A DNA stretch of 64,000 nt from an uncultured virus (IMG/VR IMGVR_UViG_3300010370_000031) (lineage: Duplodnaviria; Heunggongvirae; Uroviricota; Caudoviricetes): the IMG/VR virus record IMGVR_UViG_3300010370_000031, one strand, 5' to 3'. The notes beneath the pieces were generated by a model. That model was not told the DNA's origin and did not search any database. It saw nothing but the letters and a program-made list of their open reading frames with translations. Positions 19,019 to 27,661 of the stretch are shown in pieces. The position numbers and the translations under genes were made by a program. The first letter of the stretch is position 1; the number at the start of each line of letters is the position of its first letter.

Positions 19019-19322
19019 TTTCCTCGTAATATAATTCTTGTCCAAATCTTTCCATATAAACATCTAAAATTCCTTGCTCTACATCACCAAGAGCAACTAC
19101 AGAATCATAAGGAATATTAAATGTATTGTCACTAGAAAAAGGATTCCATTTACTAAAATTAACAGAATACTCTTCAGTAGTATCTTCTTTAGGATTCAAA
19201 GTTAAAATATAAGGACATTTAATAACAAGACAAATTCCTTTACCCGTTTCATTATCTGTCATCTCAGAAGCACCAGCGATGATACGCTCGCCTGACTTCA
19301 TTACCAAAACCTTAGGGACCAT
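18978..19322 (-). CDS. Hypothetical protein (Sm-like pattern)
   Basis: KVLVMKSGERIIA...LVIKCPY; GGAGG RBS and sigma70-type promoter upstream. Confidence 0.7.
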   Translation of the reverse strand: MVPKVLVMKSGERIIAGASEMTDNETGKGICLVIKCPYILTLNPKEDTTEEYSVNFSKWNPFSSDNTFNIPYDSVVALGDVEQGILDVYMERFGQELYYEENDAESETDITEDE

Positions 19323-19345
19323 ACTATCCTCCAATTTATAATTAC

Positions 19346-19374
19346 ATTGTAGCACAAAAATGAAAAAGGGGCAA
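19346..19374 (-). promoter_or_regulatory. Sigma70-type promoter for the operon leading into g43
   Basis: TTGCCC-17 nt-TACAAT with an extended -10 TG. Confidence 0.7.
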
Positions 19375-19430
19375 GAGCTGATAGTTGCCAGCTCGCCCCT
19401 TATTGCCGACGATATTTGGGTTGCCCCGCG
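19363..19430 (-). ncRNA. Candidate structured small RNA / complex terminator downstream of hsp20
   Basis: ATAAATA at 19433-19439, then GACG..GGG-GCAA-CCC..CGTC and AGGGGC-GAGCTG...CAGCTC-TT-GCCCCT-TTTT. Confidence 0.45.
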
Positions 19431-19435
19431 TCTAT

Positions 19436-19882
19436 TTATCCTTCAGTCAAAAATTTAGGATCTAATTGTCTGCCAATAGTATAAGTTGTCTTCTTCTGAT
19501 GTTCTGGGATAATCTTCTCCAATGAGATTGTTAGTAATCCATCAGCGAAATCTACAGCGGATACTCTGACATCATCTGCAAGTTGCCAGGAGTTATTGAA
19601 TGAACGTTTGGAGAGACCTTTATGTAGGTATGTTCTTTCAGTATCTCGTTTCTCAACTTTAGAGGCAACTCTGAGAATGTTTTGTTCTGTAGAGACCTCA
19701 ATCTCCTCTGCCTTAAATCCAGCCAGAGCGATTTCAATTTCGTAGTTACTTGCATCGTGTTTGATTAAATTGTAGGGTGGATAACTGGTATTATGTCCAG
19801 ACATTGCCTCTAGACGATTAAACACATCGTCTAGACCTACTGAAAATGGGGAGTAAATATCCCAGGTGTATTTAGTAGTCAT
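19436..19882 (-). CDS. hsp20: Small heat-shock protein (Hsp20/IbpA family)
   Basis: YPPYNL, IEIALAGF, YLHKGLSKRSF, DGLLTISLEKIIPE. Confidence 0.95.
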   Translation of the reverse strand: MTTKYTWDIYSPFSVGLDDVFNRLEAMSGHNTSYPPYNLIKHDASNYEIEIALAGFKAEEIEVSTEQNILRVASKVEKRDTERTYLHKGLSKRSFNNSWQLADDVRVSAVDFADGLLTISLEKIIPEHQKKTTYTIGRQLDPKFLTEG

Positions 19883-19944
19883 TGTTTTCTCCTTAAATAA
19901 GCGAGTTTTATTTCGAGACCCCGTAGGCATCTCACAATATTATA
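19883..19944 (-). promoter_or_regulatory. hsp20 5' UTR, ROSE-like RNA thermometer, with TATAAT -10 box
   Basis: Hairpin GAGAUGCC-UAC-GGGGUCUC followed by CUCGCU-UAUUUA-AGGAG, then AUG. Confidence 0.65.
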
Positions 19945-19958
19945 TATCAGAAAACATT

Positions 19959-19982
19959 AAAAAGGGGAGTGTGGACTCCCCT
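19959..19982 (-). terminator. Intrinsic terminator after regA
   Basis: AGGGGAGT-CCAC-ACTCCCCT-TTTT. Confidence 0.8.
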
Positions 19983-19988
19983 ACAAAA

Positions 19989-20417
19989 TTATTCGGTTGC
20001 TTCGGTCTTCTTGCGACCAATGTTGTATTTACTCTCCAGAGTCCATTCGTCTTTCTCTTTAAAAGCAAGGACTTTGATCTGATTGAGTGGTGCAACATCA
20101 GCAATTGATTCTGGTTTAGTAACAGTAATCAGACCCCAATCAGAAAGGAGTTGAATGATTCTGTTTCTACGCTGCACATCATTGAGCGAAAGATTTGTTT
20201 TCTTTCCGTCGAGAGCAAACAACTCTTTGAAATGCACAATGTAATACTTGCCTTGCTTATGAAGGATATGGCAAGATTGATAGATAATCTTTTCTTTTCT
20301 GGAAGCAACGCCGATGCGAGTAAGCGTCTCACGAACCTTGAGAAAATCATCAGGTTCGTTAAGAGTCACCTCAACCATATCAGCTTGATTCCACTTAACT
20401 TCTACATCAGTCGTCAT
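19989..20417 (-). CDS. regA: Translational repressor RegA
   Basis: DDFLKVRETLTRIG, QSCHILHKQGKYYIVHFKELFALDG. Confidence 0.96.
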   Translation of the reverse strand: MTTDVEVKWNQADMVEVTLNEPDDFLKVRETLTRIGVASRKEKIIYQSCHILHKQGKYYIVHFKELFALDGKKTNLSLNDVQRRNRIIQLLSDWGLITVTKPESIADVAPLNQIKVLAFKEKDEWTLESKYNIGRKKTEATE

Positions 20418-20800
20418 CGTTTTCCACCTTTATTTACTAAGCGTTTAATATCTTCAAGTTGTTTTTTATTTAAAATTCTCAAGGCTTGCAAAGCTTTATC
20501 GGTGTTATACCCATAATATTCTTTGACTGCATCAAGATAATCTATTGAAGATTTCTTTTCCCACGGACTAAAACGTTTCCTTGGGCTGATACTATTTATA
20601 AAAAAGTCATATTGCATCTTCTTATCCAGGTGTGGATAGAGATTCATTTCATTGGCAAATAAAACCGTATCCAAAAAACCAGACAAACACTTGTTAATAA
20701 TAAACGGTGGATATGCTTTTTCGGTATCATCATCCACAATGATATTCTTTTTATTCTGATTGATTGAGTTTAGATAATCACTGAGGCTGGGAGAAGTCAT
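20414..20800 (-). CDS. gp62: Clamp loader small subunit (gp62)
   Basis: YPPFIINKCLS, ANEMN, RKRFSPW, VKEYYGY; position before regA. Confidence 0.9.
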   Translation of the reverse strand: MTSPSLSDYLNSINQNKKNIIVDDDTEKAYPPFIINKCLSGFLDTVLFANEMNLYPHLDKKMQYDFFINSISPRKRFSPWEKKSSIDYLDAVKEYYGYNTDKALQALRILNKKQLEDIKRLVNKGGKR

Positions 20801-21623
20801 AGTTAGTAATCAAAAGTTCTGCTCGGTCTTTTTGCTCATTCATGTAGTCACCTACAGAACGCATAGTATAAGTTAGATCCCACTTGGTTTGATAATAATC
20901 TTTATACCATTCCCTGAGAGTAGGATTCGTATTGTAAGTAATCATCCAATCATCTTTGACGTTACCCTGAGTTATGTAAGCATGAAATTCTTCATGATTA
21001 AATCCCTTATGTAACTCTCCCTTCTTACCATACAGATTATCTTTGATGTCGTAAGGCGGGTCTAGAAACCAGAATGTGCCAACAGGAGCAGGAGTGAGCA
21101 TCATTTCCCAATAAGGCAGATTAGTAATCTTCCAGTTTTGAATCAATTCAGAGTATCTAGGAAGTTTCTCAATACCATTCATCGAGAAGTTACTAACGCT
21201 TGCTTGTGCAGAGAATGAAGATGATTCTGTCAGACCAGAGAAACTACACTTGTTGATAATGTAGAAAGCAGCAGCACGATAAAGATCTTCCGACTCTTTA
21301 TGATTTAATTCCTGCTTCATGTTATTAAAGAGGACACGAGCAGCATCAGGCGTATCGTGCTCTGTCTTAGCATCCTTCAGAATCTCATACAGTTCTTCTG
21401 GTCTGTCACGTAGAATACACCAGAAAGTATAGAGAGGATTGTAGAGGTCATTCACCCACACAGGAATGTCTGGATACTCTTTACTGAATGCAATAGCAAC
21501 ACTACCACCACCTAGGAATGGTTCGCGATATTCTGTGATGTCTTTAGGAAATTTAGGAAGAAGATATTTGATGGCACGAGATTTGCCACCAGGATAACGA
21601 AGGGGGGTTTTCAAAGATTTCAT
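20778..21623 (-). CDS. dam: DNA adenine methyltransferase (Dam/D12 class)
   Basis: LRYPGGKS, EPFLGGGSV, DPPY, ELLITNY. Confidence 0.9.
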   Translation of the reverse strand: MKSLKTPLRYPGGKSRAIKYLLPKFPKDITEYREPFLGGGSVAIAFSKEYPDIPVWVNDLYNPLYTFWCILRDRPEELYEILKDAKTEHDTPDAARVLFNNMKQELNHKESEDLYRAAAFYIINKCSFSGLTESSSFSAQASVSNFSMNGIEKLPRYSELIQNWKITNLPYWEMMLTPAPVGTFWFLDPPYDIKDNLYGKKGELHKGFNHEEFHAYITQGNVKDDWMITYNTNPTLREWYKDYYQTKWDLTYTMRSVGDYMNEQKDRAELLITNYDFSQPQ

Positions 21624-21625
21624 AA

Positions 21626-22192
21626 TTAAATAAAAGTAACTACCATAACTACACGTCTGCCTTTTGTTGGATAATAAAAGCAATGTTTTCCTTCAAATAA
21701 AATACCAGTATCTTCTTTTGGACTATATTTTTCTTTCAATTCATCCAATTCATTAAACAATACTGTTTCACCTCCCTCAAAATCGGTAAAATAAATTACC
21801 ATATTTTTATGGGGAAATTCGTGATCATGATGTGGTTTATCTGGTTTATTATTTAATGACGGTAAAGTTAGATTAAAATTTATTCTACACAGTGAATTAA
21901 TTTTTAAATTATTATATTTTACTACTTCCGTCAAAAACATATTACACTGCTCAATTAATTCAGAAGATACTAACGGAAATAAATTACCTTCTCCAGATGT
22001 TGCATTTGGTTGCTTTAAGACTGCATGACTAAAATACGGAGAGCAATTATATTTTTTCAAATCTTCATCTGGAATACCCCAATCGGGTATAGGAAAAGGA
22101 GTTGGGATATAATGCCAAGAAAAATTTGAAGATAAAACTTCTTGCTTCAAAAAAAGATATGTATTTGTTTTGGGTATAATTAATTCTCTCAT
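21626..22192 (-). CDS. 2OG-Fe(II) oxygenase superfamily protein
   Basis: HxD (PHHDH), GGET, distal His (GKH) and Arg (RRVV); AT-rich insertion between g44 and dam. Confidence 0.75.
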   Translation of the reverse strand: MRELIIPKTNTYLFLKQEVLSSNFSWHYIPTPFPIPDWGIPDEDLKKYNCSPYFSHAVLKQPNATSGEGNLFPLVSSELIEQCNMFLTEVVKYNNLKINSLCRINFNLTLPSLNNKPDKPHHDHEFPHKNMVIYFTDFEGGETVLFNELDELKEKYSPKEDTGILFEGKHCFYYPTKGRRVVMVVTFI

Positions 22193-23133
22193 TTAAACTT
22201 ACACTCCACCATAATCTCAGTTAGACAAGCGAGAAGATTAATCTCTTGGTCAGCTACGAACGCAATCTGATACTGATACTTAGCAAGCACCAACACAGCA
22301 GGAGGAATAGAAGAACCTTCAAGCACCTCAGTCAAAGAGTTGTAAATTTTACGAATGATAGTGTTAGGGTCACTATCCATATTATTCACCACCCACTTAC
22401 GCACAGTAGTGAATTCTTTATTCTTCATTGCACGAATCAATTCATCTAGATTGACATCAGCAATATCACAGAGCACGGTAGTATCTAGAGATCCGCCAGC
22501 ACTGTGTCGCTGTGCTTCATTCAAAAGACGGCGCCAGTCGGGGTAGTAACGCTGAATCAGTTTGACCAGCACCTTGTCCTCATACGCCACCCCAGAGGCA
22601 TCTAGGATGCCCTTCAGACGGTCAAAAAACTGCGCTTGCAGTTTCTGCTCCTCCTCCTTTTTAATACGGAAGTCAACGACGGTACATCTAGAGTGTAGGG
22701 GCTCTGCAATTTTGTTGATGAAATTGCAGGTGAAGATAAAGCGACAGTTACTATGATACTCTTCAACAAATGTGCGAAGGCTAAGCTGGACATCGTTAGT
22801 TGTATTGTCAGCCTCGTCGATGATGACAACCTTATGTTTACCTCCCCCAACAAGAGATTTTGTAGTAGCAAAATTGCGGACTTTATTGCGAATGGTATCA
22901 AGGAAGCGACCTTCATCACTACCGTTAATAACAATATAACTCAATCCAAGTTGCTCACACAATGCTTTGGCAACCGTAGTTTTACCAACACCAGGAGGAC
23001 CAGAGAGCAGGAGATTAGAAATCTCACCCTGCTCAATGAATCCAGTAAATACTTTCTTTAACGAATTAGGGAGGATACAATCTTCAATTTTATGAGGACG
23101 ATACTCCTCCACCCACAAAAAGTTTTTCATCAA
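22189..23133 (-). CDS. gp44: Clamp loader large subunit (gp44)
   Basis: LWVEEYRP, GPPGVGKTT, IIDEAD, SRC motif. Confidence 0.95.
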   Translation of the reverse strand: MMKNFLWVEEYRPHKIEDCILPNSLKKVFTGFIEQGEISNLLLSGPPGVGKTTVAKALCEQLGLSYIVINGSDEGRFLDTIRNKVRNFATTKSLVGGGKHKVVIIDEADNTTNDVQLSLRTFVEEYHSNCRFIFTCNFINKIAEPLHSRCTVVDFRIKKEEEQKLQAQFFDRLKGILDASGVAYEDKVLVKLIQRYYPDWRRLLNEAQRHSAGGSLDTTVLCDIADVNLDELIRAMKNKEFTTVRKWVVNNMDSDPNTIIRKIYNSLTEVLEGSSIPPAVLVLAKYQYQIAFVADQEINLLACLTEIMVECKFK

Positions 23134-23792
23134 GGCTCAAGGGCAATGTAATAAGTTAAGTCAAGGTTAGAATGCTTCCACTCTGTAATCAGATGTTTAG
23201 AAGCACCAACAGAATAATCACCTTGCATCAATCGAAGATTCTCAACCTTGAGATGCAGATGATGCTTACCTTCAAATTCTCCACCAACAGTAATGTCGTA
23301 AACGTGGGAAGTATCATTCTCCAAATCTCTCACCGAAAGAAGAATCTCTTCATCAGTATCAATCACAAAGTCAGGAAGTTTATAAACATTCGATGCTTTG
23401 TTAAGTGACGAGATATCAGTTGCAGTTAGAGAGAATGCTACGTCGGACCCTGGATAATTGACCTTTTTATCTGGAGCAGTTTTAAGTGTGATTTCAGGAT
23501 CGCTGAAATAATACTTAACCCGAGAGCGTCCAGATTTGATAACAAGATAGTCATCGTTGTCAAAAACCAAACTAGGACTATCAAACAAAGAGAGACCAGA
23601 GAGAAACTGATTAAGGTCGTAGATAGCAAAAGTCTGTGGAAAAGTTTCTTCAACTGTAGCAGAAGCAAGGATATTTTCTTCATTACTAATAGTGCGAAGG
23701 ACGTTACCTTCCTTGATTACAATTGAAGTGTTGATAGTTGAAAAGTTTTTAAGAATATCAATTGTAGTTTTAGAAAGTGCAATAGTGCTCAT
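23130..23792 (-). CDS. gp45: Sliding clamp (gp45)
   Basis: LSKTTIDILKNFSTIN, FAIYDLNQFL, YYIALE. Confidence 0.93.
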   Translation of the reverse strand: MSTIALSKTTIDILKNFSTINTSIVIKEGNVLRTISNEENILASATVEETFPQTFAIYDLNQFLSGLSLFDSPSLVFDNDDYLVIKSGRSRVKYYFSDPEITLKTAPDKKVNYPGSDVAFSLTATDISSLNKASNVYKLPDFVIDTDEEILLSVRDLENDTSHVYDITVGGEFEGKHHLHLKVENLRLMQGDYSVGASKHLITEWKHSNLDLTYYIALEP

Positions 23793-24097
23793 TTAAATTC
23801 TCCAAGACCGTTTTCCATGCGACTGTAATGTTTGTCAAAGTGAAGCAGCAACATAGCATAGTGAATCACTTTAAGCAAGTCACGTTTGTTGTGACCGTCT
23901 TTGTCGCCATATCGACTACCGTATTTGAGAATATTTGCTTGGCAGAAATCTGGTGCCAAATCTTTTGCTGCCATCAAATCAATTGTTTGAATATCTTTGT
24001 AGGCATCATTATGACCACAGTAGTGACTACCGTATGTGCTCACAACATAATCCTCAATATCCTTAAGGATTTTGTCTTCATTGTATTTCCATTGCAT
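23789..24097 (-). CDS. Conserved hypothetical protein (DUF3310-like)
   Basis: STYGSHY, FCQANILKYGSRYGDK, DLLKVIHY. Confidence 0.75.
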   Translation of the reverse strand: MQWKYNEDKILKDIEDYVVSTYGSHYCGHNDAYKDIQTIDLMAAKDLAPDFCQANILKYGSRYGDKDGHNKRDLLKVIHYAMLLLHFDKHYSRMENGLGEFK

Positions 24098-24099
24098 AG

Positions 24100-24297
24100 T
24101 TAGATTTCCTTGATAATAGAATCTATGTTATCAGTATAGCACTTCGCTGCTTCATAGTCAACCTCACCAACATAAAGATGACCGAGATAGCAAAGCACTT
24201 CTCTGCCGCCATGTGATTCTGTAATGCGGCATTTAATCAGAAAAAGACCCCCATCTTTCTTACGGATGAGGGTGTGACGGGAGAGATTATCAAACAT
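24100..24297 (-). CDS. Hypothetical protein
   Basis: Short ORF coupled to the stop of the upstream ATPase gene. Confidence 0.6.
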   Translation of the reverse strand: MFDNLSRHTLIRKKDGGLFLIKCRITESHGGREVLCYLGHLYVGEVDYEAAKCYTDNIDSIIKEI

Positions 24298-25391
24298 CAG
24301 AAGGTTTCAGTTTCGGTGGTTTGAGTTTCGGTTTCGGCAGGAGCATCGATGGATGCGTCAATCTTGGCATACAGCTCAAGGAAGGATTGCTTGGTTTCAT
24401 CATCGAAACGATTCACACAAACTTCAATCGCTTTCTTGCGCTTGCCGAAGATGCTGAATGCACGGATAACATGCACCAGGCGACGGGTAGAAACAATCTC
24501 ATCCACACCACCATCATAGAAGGTCTTGCGAATGATCTCTGCCCACGCCACCAGACGCTCAACAAACTCAGCATCGTAGCAATCAAGCGACTCAGCGACT
24601 TTCTTGAGGATGGCAGTTTCAACCTTAGCGGAAGGATATGCCTGCTCAAGGGTCACAGGGAAACGCTCAAGGAATGCCTCGTTGAGCACGTTGGTGCCGA
24701 TGAAGCGACCATCATCGCTACCCTTACCTTTGGTGTTAGCGGTAGCTACAACATTGAAACCATCGGCGGGTTTGACATACTTGCCAATCTTCTTAAGGAA
24801 GACACCCTTACCCTCAAGCACAGATTGCAGGCAGAGGATTTTGTTAGAGGCAAGGTCAATCTCATCCAGCAGCAGAATAGCACCACGCTGGAGTGCCTGC
24901 ACCACAGGACCATCGTGCCACACAGTTTCACCGTTGACAAGACGGAAACCGCCGATCAGATCATCTTCATCGGTTTCGATGGTGATGTTGACACGAATCA
25001 ATTCCCGCTTCAGTTGAGCACAAGCTTGCTCCACACCAAAAGTTTTACCGTTACCAGAGAGACCAGTGATGAAGATAGGATAATAATGACGAGAAGAAAG
25101 AATCTTCTTAATATCACTAAAGTTACCAAAGCTGACGAAGTTAGCATCTTTAACAGGAATCAGGTTTTCTGCTTTCTCTACCACAGGCTCTACCGCAGGT
25201 TGATTATAAGTTTGCTCCAGTTGCTCTGCAGCAGTCAAGTGCCACAGACCACGCTGCACTTTAAACTGCTCTAGTTTCTTAGTGAGAGTTTGATAGGTAG
25301 TGCCAGTCTCATCAGCATAGGTGCGAAGATCAGCAGCAGTCACAACCTGACCGAAACGCTCGATGATGGGGGCGACTTCAAAGTTTTTCAT
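24297..25391 (-). CDS. MoxR-type AAA+ ATPase (often annotated CobS)
   Basis: GLSGNGKT, LLLDEID, ATANTKG, NEAFLERF, STRRL. Confidence 0.9.
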   Translation of the reverse strand: MKNFEVAPIIERFGQVVTAADLRTYADETGTTYQTLTKKLEQFKVQRGLWHLTAAEQLEQTYNQPAVEPVVEKAENLIPVKDANFVSFGNFSDIKKILSSRHYYPIFITGLSGNGKTFGVEQACAQLKRELIRVNITIETDEDDLIGGFRLVNGETVWHDGPVVQALQRGAILLLDEIDLASNKILCLQSVLEGKGVFLKKIGKYVKPADGFNVVATANTKGKGSDDGRFIGTNVLNEAFLERFPVTLEQAYPSAKVETAILKKVAESLDCYDAEFVERLVAWAEIIRKTFYDGGVDEIVSTRRLVHVIRAFSIFGKRKKAIEVCVNRFDDETKQSFLELYAKIDASIDAPAETETQTTETETF

Positions 25392-25416
25392 GGTGAGGTG
25401 TCTCTCGTATGTAAGT

Positions 25417-25451
25417 ATTATAGGGCAAAAGGGGTGGGGGCACAAGCCCCC
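25417..25451 (-). promoter_or_regulatory. Sigma70-type early promoter, -35 box within a hairpin
   Basis: TTGTGC-17 nt-TATAAT; GGGGGC-TTGT-GCCCCC stem. Confidence 0.7.
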
Positions 25452-25462
25452 GAGTGATAAGA

Positions 25463-27598
25463 TTAACTGATCAGTGTGGCAAAGGAGGTCAACATCTTTT
25501 TATTGACACCTTTCTTGGCAAGAGATTTAGTAAATGCCTTGCCGATTTGCTTGGTATCAGCATCTTCATCCACTTCAAACTCAGTAGAAGCAGAAAGACC
25601 ATCCAGTGCCATCAGATACATAGATTGATATCCAAGACAATCAACAAGCTCAGCAGATTTAGTTTTCTGCCACTGCTTTTGAATATCAGTGTAAGGAGTT
25701 TTGCAGTCACCATTGTTGTAAGTGGTGTGAAGGTGACGACCATTAATCAGACGAATACCAATCAGGTTTACATCGGGAAAACGGTCGCGCACATTCTGAA
25801 GAAATACTTTGGTGATTTTATCAGAGCAACCATAGTATCCACTCTCAAAGCGAGGATAGACACGCCCAGTCTTACGATCACGCAGCACACAATCATGGTC
25901 AATATGGTTGTAACCAACACGATTGTGACGATAGCGATTCTCAACAATATAGTTAATAGATTGAGATTCTCCGTCAGTCAGAATGACAACGTTAGTCTTC
26001 TGCACTTTGTTACGCTTCTGAAAGTCAGGGATAACTGCAGTCAGAGAAATCGCTGCTTCATGCAGAGGAGTGCCAGACAGACCATAACCAGGAGGATTGC
26101 AATAGGAACGATACCCACCTTCAGCATTAGCAAGACGCCAGAAGTTCTTCAGTTGAGCTTCAAGGTCTTTACCATTACGCCCGTTGCTGCTGACCATATT
26201 CAGCAGACGGAAGTTTTCGTAGATGGAAACATAACCAGGGATTTCTTTGTGATGCTTCTTAGACTTAGTGCGAGTGCCAGTAGAATAGTCATACGATTTA
26301 CCAGACCAGTAATCGTTAGTGAAAGCATAGATGTCAAAAGGAATCTGCACTTTCTTACAGAACCATGCAAGATTCATAATTTGTTTAACAGTATCCATCA
26401 GGCAGTTGCCCATCGATCCAGACCAGTCAAGGATAAAGATGAGACCGTGATTCTTACCGTCAGGCACAACGTTAATCTTCTTAAAGACATCTTCATTCCA
26501 TTTGTAGGTATGAAGCTTCTGAGTATCAAGCACACCAGTCTTGGCAGTGCTAGCACGAGCGTATTGGTCTGCAGACTTCCGCATTTCAAACTCTTTCACC
26601 AGATAGTTTACCTCACGCTGAGATTCAGCACGAAACTTCTGATAGCTAGAGTCTGCCTCAGTAAACAGAGACGCTGCCTGCTCACCGTAGGTAACACGAC
26701 AATCTTCCATCACCTGCTTATTGGTGACAACAAACGTATCAACATTCAAAGGCGGCAACTCAACATAGTTTAGGTCTTGCACATAAGGATTGGAAGAAAG
26801 TTGCTTCTGCTTCTCGCTGAATGCCTTGTCAGTTTCAGACTCAAGATTCTCAATACCACCAGTTTGACCAGCGCCAGTTTGCGATCCATCACCAGAATCA
26901 TCTGGTTGATCAGAATCAGCACCACCTTGAGTTTGATTTCCATCACCAGAAACTTGCTGAGGTTGGTCTCCCTGACCGTCACCCCCATCTGAGGTGGAAT
27001 CACCCCCACCTTGAGTGGTGTTAGCAGTATCCATCTCTACATCAATCTTCTGCTGCTCCTGAGTATATTTGAGAATCTTGCGAGCAACTTCTACAACATC
27101 ATCAAAGGTTTCTGCAACTTCTAACTCATCAACCAATACCTTTTCGTCAGGTTTCCAAGTAAAAACCTCACCAGCATGAACTCCAATCTTGAAGTAAAGA
27201 TTGATACGGTCAATTAACTGATAGGAATCCATGCTACGCTCACCCACTTCAAAGAAGTCAGCATCATGCAGCTCCTTGTATCCAGTGTAGAAGTTGCGAG
27301 CGAGACCAGGAAACTTGCGCTTCATCATCTTCTCAATGCGAGCATCTTCGCACACGTTGAGATAAGACTGAGGCACACCGTAGTCAGCACCCCACTTGTC
27401 AGGGGTATAGAGAGCGTGACCGACCTCGTGCCCCACGAGCATATCGTAGACGTTGGGCGATGCCACATCCCACATAGGCAGGGTCAGCACACGGTCTTTC
27501 ACGTTGAACATGGCGGTCTCAACCTTGCGATGCTCAACGATGAGATTCTCGGTGGCGAGCAGTCGGGCAAGATTGCCCTTGACTTCCATGTTCAGCAT
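25463..27598 (-). CDS. HExxH metallopeptidase-like + VWA domain protein (CobT-like architecture)
   Basis: GHEVGHAL, NVCEDARIE, acidic Gly/Asp/Gln linker, MIDAS LDWSGSM, GTPL, LTDGE. Confidence 0.85.
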   Translation of the reverse strand: MLNMEVKGNLARLLATENLIVEHRKVETAMFNVKDRVLTLPMWDVASPNVYDMLVGHEVGHALYTPDKWGADYGVPQSYLNVCEDARIEKMMKRKFPGLARNFYTGYKELHDADFFEVGERSMDSYQLIDRINLYFKIGVHAGEVFTWKPDEKVLVDELEVAETFDDVVEVARKILKYTQEQQKIDVEMDTANTTQGGGDSTSDGGDGQGDQPQQVSGDGNQTQGGADSDQPDDSGDGSQTGAGQTGGIENLESETDKAFSEKQKQLSSNPYVQDLNYVELPPLNVDTFVVTNKQVMEDCRVTYGEQAASLFTEADSSYQKFRAESQREVNYLVKEFEMRKSADQYARASTAKTGVLDTQKLHTYKWNEDVFKKINVVPDGKNHGLIFILDWSGSMGNCLMDTVKQIMNLAWFCKKVQIPFDIYAFTNDYWSGKSYDYSTGTRTKSKKHHKEIPGYVSIYENFRLLNMVSSNGRNGKDLEAQLKNFWRLANAEGGYRSYCNPPGYGLSGTPLHEAAISLTAVIPDFQKRNKVQKTNVVILTDGESQSINYIVENRYRHNRVGYNHIDHDCVLRDRKTGRVYPRFESGYYGCSDKITKVFLQNVRDRFPDVNLIGIRLINGRHLHTTYNNGDCKTPYTDIQKQWQKTKSAELVDCLGYQSMYLMALDGLSASTEFEVDEDADTKQIGKAFTKSLAKKGVNKKMLTSFATLIS

Positions 27599-27621
27599 TG
27601 GTCTCTTGCGTTGTTGGACCT

Positions 27622-27654
27622 ACTATACGACGAAAGGGGCGCCGAAGCAACCCC
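27622..27654 (-). promoter_or_regulatory. Sigma70-type early promoter, -35 box within a UUCG hairpin
   Basis: TTGCTT-17 nt-TATAGT; GGGGTTGC-TTCG-GCGCCCC-TTT. Confidence 0.7.
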
Positions 27655-27661
27655 ATATAAG

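Noticed and set aside
20778..21623. Dam methylase as half of an adjacent restriction-modification pair
   Set aside because: Neighbours are g62 and a 2OG-Fe(II) oxygenase; it looks like an orphan methylase, and its target cannot be read from sequence.
24321..26773. Long + strand ORFs (317 aa and 439 aa) antisense to the ATPase and VWA genes
   Set aside because: Codon-aligned shadows of well-conserved genes with biased codon use; no RBS or recognisable motifs.
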